DNA from: Auanema rhodensis
Taxonomy: Eukaryota > Animalia > Nematoda
Reading direction: 5' to 3'
Length of the DNA stretch: 64,000 bases
Assembly: GCA_964057225.1 (NCBI GenBank)
Contig: OZ059894.1
Location: 16,244,001-16,308,000 of the forward strand
Shown here: piece after piece, positions 53,680 to 64,000 of the stretch
Numbering within the stretch: position 1 is the first letter of the stretch
Layout: each line of letters begins with the position of its first letter
Position numbers and translations under genes: made by a program
Notes under the pieces: generated by a model
What the model was told of the DNA's origin: nothing
The model's database searches: none
What the model saw: only the letters and a program-made list of their open reading frames with translations

Positions 53680-56600
53680 CCTAAAAATTGAATAATTTAT
53701 GGGTTATGAGAACTACAGTTAGAGGTGAAGATAAAGAAGAACAGAAGAGAAAGAAAATTAACGAGAGCAAAAGATTTAAAAAAGGGTTGTATGTTCTGTG
53801 AAGAGTATAACTTGAAGCTGATCACATATCGTGCTCATCCTCGCAGCCATCATGAACGAGCTGTTGAGAGCAATGAAGATGATGGAAGAAATATGGAGAA
53901 AGGAAACAGATATATGTACGAAAAACGAAGAAAATGAGGGAAAAAGATAAGTGAAAAGAAAATGAAGAGAAAGGAAATAGGTTGTAGTGGAAATCAGACG
54001 AGAGTTATGATGAAAAATGCGATGATCGCGAAAATCAAACAGACAGACGGACGAGTGAACGATAGATGGTTGAAGCTAAAGCATTTTTGAGACAGATGAT
54101 ACTGACAGCATAACGGAGGATAAGGAGATGGTATCGAGAACAAATGAGTTAAACAGACGTCGAGTATATAAAATAGTCTGGACGACATGAGCTGTAAAAC
54201 AAGAAGCAGGAGTCCAAGCATCTCTTTAGTCCTCGCATTGAACTTGTAGGCTCTCATCCGGATTTTTACTATACCTCCACCAAGAAGAGTAAAGAGAAAA
54301 ATGAAGAAGATAGAAATTTAGAAAGAATTTTCAATGAAAAAAAGTTGAAGAAGCATGGTTTTTTATTCAAATTTTTTTTGAAACTTCAACAAACCTGTTA
54401 TTGTTTCAAGAACTTGAAATTGAGAAGAAAGGTTATTTAGATAAAATTACCGGAAAATTAAAAAAAAAGCAGTTTGGTTTCAAAAAAAAATAAATAAAAG
54501 AAGTTGTTATGGCAAAATATAAAAAAAGAGAGAAGATAAATGACTTCTTAAAAAGAATACTATATTCATACTAACGGCAAATGATACATCTTAAATGAAG
54601 CATCAATACCATATTTGAGCTTTTGCTCAACATTGAAAGAGTTTAAAAAACGTTCGAAAATGCTTAAAAAGGAAGGAAAAGCTCAAATATAAAGGGATGA
54701 ATCTTACTAATACCAATTGCTATATGTAAACCTATTTTAAATAAACTATATGAATGAACGATGACGTATACTCAAACTAAGCTAATCTCAGACGTTAGTT
54801 CAAAGTTTAAAATTTGTGTTAAAATGAATAATATAAACAAGAAAGTCACACAATTTTTCTTAGATACTGTAGGATTTTAAATTTCATTTTTTTTGTTCAA
54901 TAATTTAATTTAAAAAAGTTTGAACTTATTAAATTTTTCGAAATACATAAATCATGTAATACAGCATTCAGTAGTAACATATCCGCCTGATGGGATAACA
55001 ATAGTATTCCTGAAGTCCCTTCTAATACTATGAAACTTTTAAAAGAAAATGTATTTTCTTGGATGTATTTTCGAAAAAAAAACTTTAATTTTTCATAATT
55101 CAAATAAAAAGAAAAAGAAGGAAAATTCTGTTCAATTCTGAACTTGCAATTTTAACTTTGCAATTCTGGAAAAGCACAATGCCGAGAATCAAATTTTGAA
55201 CAAAATTAATTGAGTTTTTAAGAATTTTAGTTGAATGGATTTTTAAATAAAAATTAAATTTAAATGATAACAAAGACTCCTTATTCCCTCTTCGTTTTCT
55301 TTTTCTAGTTTCTTTAGTAAGGAATGGGCATCAGCATAGCTTTGATTCAAAAGATTTTCGATAAATTTGAAAAAAAAAACAACAAAAAAAACTTTTTTTT
55401 GTTAATTATTAATAATATGGCTATTTTGAAATATCAATGTTTCGTAAACTTGTTTGAAAAAACGGAGAAAATTCAAACAAATCAGTAACTAGCCATTTGA
55501 AAAAAGCTTTTCAATGGACATCCTCAGATTCTTTTGAATCTTTTTTCAACTTTGTCTTTGTTATTTCATTTCTAAAGTATTGTGTTAACAGCTTGACGAA
55601 TAAGAAGAAAACTCTTCTATTTTTTTAAAGAGTAGAACTACCAAATATGGAATATGATGTTCAGATGTTTTCTGACATTGATCTTCCTTCTTTTATTATA
55701 TTTTTATTTATTTTTTTCTGCTAAAAAAAAGTTTATTCAAGTTTATGTATTTCTATATGTTCACTATAACTGATCATCTTCTTTATATGTACACATACAT
55801 ATCCTTTGCTCATGTTTTCCTCTTGATTTCATAAAGTCGAAGCAGATTTCAGCATAATATGTTTATTTCTGGATCTAAAAAAGGATTCAATGTTCATCAA
55901 AAACGTCATTTTAAAGAATAATGATGCCATAGATTTAAGAATATCAACCATGATTATCAAAAACTAACTGATACAAAATGTTTTTTTCTCTATTTTTTCC
56001 ATTTAAATTCATAAAATATATTAAATTCTTTAAATTTTCGTTGGATATTCATTCTGATTATCCCGATAATTGTTTTCAATTTCAATTCAAGCTTATATTT
56101 CTCATGAAATGTTTTAAAAATATTTTAAATCTTTTAAAAGAAAATCTGACTGTGACAATGTGTATTTTATGTCATTTTAAAAATATTTTATTACATTTTG
56201 CTGTCAAATACAGAAGAATTGTCAATTTCCAAAAACAGAGATTACCTTACTACATCCCTCTTTTACTTCATCTGTCTGTTGTATTCAGATGAGAAAAAAA
56301 TTATTTTCGTCTCAAACAAGTAAATTTTTTTTTTTGCTTTTTTTTCTTTCACATTTTTGATATTTTTCAGTCTATCTTTAGCAAAACTGCGCAATCTTGC
56401 TGCTCGAGCTCTGTATTTTTCGTTGTTAATTTCAAAGTCAATAAGAATTTTGGAGTTTTTTTCTCAATTAATTTCAAATTATAGATATGAAATAAGAGAT
56501 AAATAAGAGAATTATATGTTTTCTTTAAATACCACTAGAGAATATTCATGCAATATGAAGTAGATATTTGTTCATCTTGTTTAGAAAGAAAATACTAATC

Positions 56601-57737
56601 ATTTGATTATAACTTTTCTTCAAAAAAAAAAGAAAGAAAGAATCTGTTTCTTCAATCAAATTATAATGGAAAAACCTTTAATTTCAGACATTTTGTTAAA
56701 ATAGAAATTTGCAAGTTTATGAAGAAGCTCCAATCATACCTGAGCTTATTCTGTAAACTAAATTTTGCAAATCCTATAACTAAGTTGCATGAACAGAAAA
56801 GAAGACGAAAGCTTGTGTGATTTCATAAAGAAACAGAAAAAAATAAAAAAAGATAAAAGAATAGATTCAAGGAAGTTCTATAATCTTTCTTCAATCAAAT
56901 ATAAAGAAAAAGAAAGACTTATGAACATCGTCAAAGTGTACTTCCTTCGTACGGCATTTGTACAAATGTCTTCTCAATTCCATATCCCCTGAAAAATGTT
57001 TTTTTTTCTTTTAAAAATAAAATAATAAATAAGCAACATTGTTGAATAATTTTCTCGTATTCTCACCTTTTGCTTAACATTTCTACAATATGTATATCCA
57101 ATTCACAATTAGCAAACATACTTGAAGTGGATTCGTTCAAATTCTTGTTCAGACATCATCCGGATTTTTCAAAAAGTATCACAGACATTTTCTTCCTCTT
57201 TAATTTATTCTTAACTTTAAAATACTTTAAATGTTTTATCTTTGAAATCTTTTTTTTTTTCTAAAAATTCTAAATGATATTTCTATCTTTTTTGGAAATA
57301 ATCATCGTCTTATATATGCAAGATGAGATGAGCTGTAATAAGATTTTATTTGTTTTTTTTTTTTGGTTCCTAGCAAATACATTTTCACAACTTCGATATA
57401 CATATGTATGCTTCTTCACTTCAATTTCTTAACTTCACTATCTTCTCAATCGTTGTTTGTAGTTTTCACTTCATTTGCTGCTTTTCCATGCGAACTATCT
57501 TTCAAATCTTGGAAAATAGTTAGGATCATCATAACCTAATATCGTATAGTTTTTTTAAATTATTATAAATAATATTTTATTTAAATAAATTAATTTATTC
57601 AAAATAAACTATATCACATAAAATATCTTCAGTTTTTAAACATTCGAATACACATTCTAACACAAAAAAAAAGAAATAAAGTTAAGAGTTAAGCTAATAC
57701 TCTTCGTGTTATTTCCATTGCTTTTTGAACTATACGA

Positions 57738-57779
57738 AGAGAGAGAGGGAGAGATATGGAGATAGATAGAGAGAGAGAT
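57738..57779. repeat. Imperfect (GA)n tract upstream of glc-3
   Basis: AGAGAGAGGGAGAGATATGGAGATAGATAGAGAGAGAGA. Confidence 0.8.
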
Positions 57780-58260
57780 ATGTTAAGAAAAAAAAGAAAA
57801 AGTGAATTACTAGAAAAAACAGAGAAAAGAAAGAAACTCAACCGAATAAAAACACTTGTTCTATCAAATTATTCAAAAAAAAAAAGGCTAAGTTCTTTTT
57901 AACAACTCTTGTTCTATCTATAACATTCTCAAGTATAAAAAATATATTTATTTTTAATTTGAAATATTATAAATTGTAAAAGGGCATTATTGCAAGTTTG
58001 TTAATTTCTTTTTCATGCACTATCTTGTAAAATAGTTAATATAAAGTATATGTGAATATATATGAACTTTAAGTATTTTTCAACTAAAACTCAGTTTAAC
58101 ACAGCCTTTTTTCAATTTTTATTTCATTTTTATGTGATTTCTTTCTTTTATTTTTCTATTTTACCGTAAATTTATGCACTGTTTGTTGTTTCATCGTTGC
58201 TCTAAATTGGTAAAATTTGATAGAATATTGCTTTGTTCATCAATTTAATTTAATTTTCAG

Positions 58261-61200
58261 ATGACAAAAGTATGTTCATGGTTTATAATTCTTAGTATTT
58301 TGAAGATTTCATTGTTACTATGTATCAATCAGTATGTTTTCACAGCTAAAACCTTAATCATATCACTAACTCTCATTATAGAAATGGTCGATTTATAAGA
58401 CAAAGGCAGAATGGTAATCCATTACATTCAAAAAAGGTAAAAAAATCGCAAAGTTTCTTCATGTTTTCAAGAAAAAAAATTTAATCAGGAACACCAAGAT
58501 GATTTTGATGATGTAATTGATGAGTTGGAAGCTGAATCAAGACAGGAATCTCTGTTACATCAACATATTTTATCTCAAACTCCTAATGCAACTACGGAAA
58601 CTCCTGCTATTGTCTCAATGCCTACTGAGCCAACGTACGTTGTAGTTAATAATTTGAAAATTAAATTGCACATATTCATGTCGAATTAACAGATCGTAGA
58701 CTAATTTACATCGAGATTTCGACAAATTCTCAAATCTAAGATGAATAATTAGCCAAAATCTCACATTTGGCATATCGCAGCATCATTTTTCTTGTCGTTC
58801 TATCCACAACTCATCATTTTCTTTTATCTGACTCCACATACATGCGGCTCATTTGCATAATCTCACGTTTTTCTATTGAATTTAGAAGTGAAGTAGAGTA
58901 GAGCTTCAGACTCGTAGGCCAATTGAATGATGACGAGTCCTTCTAACTTCATTCTCAGAAGTCATAGGTCATAGCTTTATCGCAGTTCAGTTATTCGTCT
59001 TTATTTTTTGTCCTTTCTTTCCAACCACATAATATAACATATTGTTGGTTTGATTACTTCAAAAGTCAATTATATTTCATATCATTGTATATTCAGGAAA
59101 AAATGAGATAGATATTGTTAGTCATAAACTTAAAAGGATCAATTTGGCAGAAAATGAGGGCGAAACCTAGACGAAAACTATGAAATTGTTTCAAGAGACC
59201 AGTTAGAAAAGGGCAGATGATCATGCCTGATGCGTGTTCCCATGGTTTAATGCTCTCTTCCTTCCTTGCTCCCCATTTCTTCCACTTCTTTTTCCGTATT
59301 CTTCTTCTTATACATCCCTTTATCCATCCATGTTATCTTCTTCTCTAACTACTCTCTTTCAACTCTCATGTGTTAACTGTTCTAGTCTTTTTCACTTTCA
59401 TTTATACTTTCTCAACTTCATAAAAGCTTAGAAAGAAAACGTTGAAGAAAACTGCATTCTCATTTCCGGATAGAAGATATACCATTTCCGGATAAATTAA
59501 CTTTTATCACAAACTGATATTTCTTTAAAATAACATCACGAAATTATAAGAATTTTCCGAAATATTTTTCGTCATCAAATCTCTTTTTTTTTGGTTCTTG
59601 GCTTTATTTCAATAATACACATGTCTATTTTTCTGATTTAAAACATTAATCTGAGGGCATAAAAACACTTTTTGTCATTAATATCAACTATTATCGTTAT
59701 TTTAGTTTTACTCTAACCATCATCATTATAAGTGTTCACTTTGATTTTTAGTTTTTCTCCTTCAAAATATCAAATCTCAAAGGTATTCTGATTCTGACCG
59801 AAGCATCGTCTTCTCCTAATATAGTAAATAATTATTTGGTTTATATATTCAACTTAATATATAACTAATAGTTAATATACAGCAGGACTACGAAGGCATT
59901 CAATCTTATTATCATTTTGTCACGTAATATCTATGTGAAATTTAGAGCTTCTACGAATTATTTCATTTTTCATTGTTCGTAAAGCGAGAACGGTTGCACA
60001 TTTCTTATTTTTTTATCTTCTCCGATTTTTCTTATATTTCTCGTCCATTTTGCCTCTTTCTTATTCTCGTATTCACAAAATGCATCTCTCTGTCCTCAGG
60101 AGGATGTGAATACAAGCAACGACACATGAGCATAGAAATGGGAGGAACCTTACTTATGGGCGGTCGGTTGTGAAAATTGCCGGAGGGCTTTGTCTCTTTT
60201 CTCTTGTCCATGTGAAATGAAACACATCTTATTCTTTACCTTGGCTTTTCATCTGCAGATCTAGACCAAATCCTTTGAAAAAAAAACAGTTTTTTTCTAT
60301 CTTTTTAGCTTATTGTTTTCAAATGAAAAGTAAATGAATAGAAGTTAAGATAATATAAAAAGAATTAGAAGGAAGTTTTTGATATTTATTCGTTTATTCA
60401 TTTGTTTATTTATTATATCTTTTCTTTTTGTTTTTGGTCCCAAATTTTAAATTTCAATTATTCACCAGTTTCCTATTTTTATTTAAGCTTCATGTGAAAT
60501 TATCAACATTCTATATTTCATATAAAACGGAAGTAATGAACCAATTTCTAATATCATAGAAATCCAGACTTCAAACCCTGAATCTTTTCTTTGAATTGTC
60601 TAAACCATTCAATGCTCTTCACTTCTTCCATGTCAAATTTAACAGAAATTTTATGAACAACCTGCTCATCTGGAAGTGGTTTTGCTTATTCGCACCAATT
60701 TCGTTTTTAAAAAGATTTATTTGTCGAACCCATTTCTTCTACAATATCCTTGCTCATCGAAGCAAATTTCAAATTTTTTTGAAAATCCATCAATAGGTTT
60801 GTCTTTCTTCATACTACTTTGTCACTCTGTTTCTTTCTTCTTATTTTTTTTGCGTGAATATGTCAAGCACAAGTAAAGAAAATAATAATATTATTAGAAA
60901 TTAAGAAAAAATGAAAAAATTAAGCAAAAACAACGCAAAAATGTAGAAATAACATTAATTTAAGCTTGTTTTGTTTTAATTTTTTTTGTATTATTTCTTT
61001 TTTTTTGCTGAATTTTCTACTGTTTTCTAGATATTTAGCTGCTTTAATCCATCCTCAATCCATTTCCCTATATATGAACATTGAGTATTATTTGACCCCG
61101 ATGATACTAATGACAGCTTCTCAATATCTGTGTTCTGTGTTTCGAAGCTTAAAGAGGAGATTCTTCATTATCTTTGCTCCCTCTTCTATTCAATTTCTAC

Positions 61201-63814
61201 CTCATCTTCTATTATGATTCTTCTCTTTTTCTTTTTCACCTTCTTTTTGTCTCTTCATGTATTCATGTCTATAATTTTCTTTTTTCTTTCTTTCTCTCTT
61301 TAATTTCATATTTTCTTACTTTCGTCGATCAAATATATAGATTGACTCTTCATATTTTCTTCAGATTACCTCAATTTATGTGGTAGATTCGTCTTTTTCT
61401 CTATAATCTATATAACATATATTCACAAGACGTATCGTAGAAAAGTTATGTCCATATTGAGTTGGAACACGAAGACTATCAATCTCAAAGCTTATTCCGT
61501 ATGATAGACGATATCCTTATCTTATCCTTCTTTTCTATTTTATTTTTTATTTCAAATATACCAAACAGGTTAGTTTTATTCTTTAAATTTTATCAACTTA
61601 CTCCAGCTTAGATAAGCTGTTCCATTACATTTTTTTTCATTTTGATCGCCTGTTCAAAAACCAGGATATTCCATTTTACAACTACATAACTAGGTTTTAA
61701 AAGTTTTCAAACTCCATTTACCAACTTAGTCTGCAAAATTATTGTCCCCTTTAACAAAGTTATCAGAAACATTTCCGCATTCTCAACTTTTTTTCTCAAA
61801 ATTTTCATCAACCATCCTTGTGTTTAAATAAAAATGTGTATAAGTTCGAAAATATTTCAGTTTTAATTTTTAATTTGACTATAAGAAGTAGTAGTGCTCA
61901 ACGATTTCTCAGTAAATCACTCTCTAATTAGTTTCGTCAACTTAATTCTCCTATATATCTCAGGAAGTATGAGCTGAACATGTTCATATTATGTCATATA
62001 TTCGATGAAAAGCTTTTGAAAAGTTTAAAATAAAAAAGAAAATGAGAATGATGAGGATTTTTGCTTACATTGTTATTGCTTTTTTTTCCTTTTTCTTTCA
62101 AAGGGACAACATAATTAATATTGCGTGAAGGCATGTTTTTGGTGTTTGATAGGTCGTGTGAAAATTTATTTTCAAAAATGCAAAGAAGAATCTGTAGATA
62201 ATGTTTCAAAAATTAATTCTCCAAATAGGAAGAAAAGGAAAATGGAAGCAAAACTATTATGTTTGTTGGCAAGTGGACTTTTCAAAAGCCAATTTCGAGT
62301 AGGAAATGCTGTTGATCTGTATTGAGAAAAAGCTGACCTACATACATATGATGATGAAGTTAGCAGTTTGAAGACGAATGTGAACGAAAAAAAAATTCAA
62401 ATACATTTTGCTGTATTTAAGTAAATAATATTCAGTTTATCCAAAAAATATCATTATTAAGCTTATAAACTCTTTTGTGTTCCATAAGCTGAGGAGAATA
62501 TGCAAACCAATATAACCAAAATGACCGGAGACAGCTTCCCAACATGATTGCAAGCTTTCGGATCCTATGCTTTTTCTGAAAAATTTATATTCCTTCCTTC
62601 AGAAAATTTTTTTTAGGTTTTATAAAAAAAGAAAAATGCCCTCACAATTAATGAACTTTAACAAGACATTTTGAAATATAATCTTTCTAAATTAACTTAT
62701 TTCAGTAATGCTGACGCTAACTCGGATACTGAGATCATCAAACGACTTCTGAACAAAGGTTATGATTGGAGAGTTCGACCTCCTGGAATCAATCTGACTA
62801 TTCCTGGTTTGTATTTTTGAGCTTAAACTAGAATTTGAACTTTGCCTTTTGAACTAAACGCGTATCTGTTTTCAGGAAGTCATGGACCTGTGGTCGTGAA
62901 CGTTAACATGCTTATCAGAAGGTTTGAAATTTACTATTTACACGTCCGACCGACTATCTAATTAGATTCCTTTTCACAACATTTCCTCTAATTTCCATTC
63001 AACTTTCTAAAGTTTATGCAGAAATCTGCTTTTATATTTGTATATCCATATATAGCTTAAGGAGGGAAGTCTCAACATCTCAATTTACGCGTGAAATTTA
63101 AATCTTTTCTAACAGATTTGAGAAAAAGAAGTAAAAATTTCTTTGGAAACAAATCAATTAGAAAGAGTGAATAAATCACACAAAATCTATGAGAACATCA
63201 AATTTCTGAACTTAAATCAAATATTCTGATGATGTTCGGGTTTTATGAATGTTTAAAGATGAATAATCATTTAACTTGAACTCGAAAACATTAAATATTC
63301 TCTCTTGATTTTTGAAATATTTTTTTTTAAATAAAAAGAAAAAAAATGATATGAAGAAGTATTATTATCAAAAAAATATATTAATATTAAAAATGTTTTT
63401 AATTATAATAATTATATAAAATTATTTAATTATATAATTAAATTAAGTTTCTTTTATAATTTTTCTTTACAGTATATCTAAGATAGATGATGTTAATATG
63501 GAATACTCTGTTCAATTAACTTTTCGTGAAAGTTGGGTTGATGGACGTCTAGCTTATAGTACTCCAAACGATAACAGTCCTGATTTCTTAATTCTGACGG
63601 CTGGACAACAAATTTGGATGCCGGACAGCTTTTTTCAGGTTCATAGTGTTGCTTATAACATGTTGTTAAAATGAGTTCTCAATTTTAGAATGAAAAACAA
63701 GCTCAAAAGCATATGATTGATAAACCGAATGTTCTAATTCGAATTCATAAAAATGGTTTAATTCTATATTCAGTACGTATATCACTGGTGTTATCATGTC
63801 CAATGCATCTTCAG
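58261..63814 (+). CDS. glc-3: Glutamate-gated chloride channel alpha subunit GLC-3, 3' part outside window
   Basis: From 62706: [101 protein letters not shown]. The core is secure; the upstream exons from 58261 are inferred from splice phase. Confidence 0.88.
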
Positions 63815-63830
63815 GTTTGTGTTTTAAACT

Positions 63831-63854
63831 TATATATATATATATATATATATA
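63831..63854. repeat. (TA)n microsatellite, intronic
   Basis: Dinucleotide run. Confidence 0.95.
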
Positions 63855-64000
63855 GTTATATATAAACAAGTGTGTTAATTGGAAAGCATAATGATGAATA
63901 GTTTGATGAAATAGTGGGGGGGGGGATGATTGGAAGGGCATGTAGTGAGAGATGAAGAGAAATCTGAGATATGCATACGTCTTAGAAGTACACCTAAAAT

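Noticed and set aside
54300-58200. Several 60-104 aa ORFs rich in F, K, I and L
   Set aside because: They reflect A/T homopolymer composition, with no motifs or consistent splice structure. The region is intergenic or promoter DNA.
58346-58351. Apparent frameshift in the glc-3 upstream exons
   Set aside because: A 50-nt GTATGT..ATAG intron at 58332-58381 restores the frame.
1-64000. CRISPR arrays, transposases, reverse transcriptases or bacterial horizontal transfers
   Set aside because: None seen. All recognisable genes are intron-rich with typical nematode homologs.

Overview
This is AT-rich eukaryotic genomic DNA from a rhabditid-type nematode, with dense genes, mostly ~45-60 nt introns and TTTCAG/TTTAG acceptors just upstream of several start codons. 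The supplied ORF track is fragmentary, so I spliced the genes by eye. In order: SMPDL3/acid-sphingomyelinase-like phosphodiesterase (5'-truncated, with an antisense tRNA-Phe in one intron), ground-like gene 1, an NGF/neurotrophin-like cystine-knot protein, GBA2, a TECPR2/HPS5-like propeller protein, HINT3, PUF60/rnp-6, sorbitol dehydrogenase, FABP/lbp, a phospholipase B1-like membrane protein with a degenerate GDSL motif, DnaJA (dnj-19-like), nhr-47-like receptor, a polyamine oxidase with a signal peptide (hpo-15-like), MMS19, ground-like gene 2, an unrecognised 121-aa single-pass protein, and the 5' part of the glutamate-gated chloride channel glc-3. I found no prokaryotic-type system, CRISPR array or intact transposon, and no clear-cut new multi-gene system. 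The best leads are the neurotrophin-like gene, two alternative phase-compatible N-termini for glc-3, the adaptor-like orphan membrane protein, a probable pseudo-lipase, and frequent GC donors and AAG acceptors. Ortholog names come from recalled sequence similarity, not from searches.
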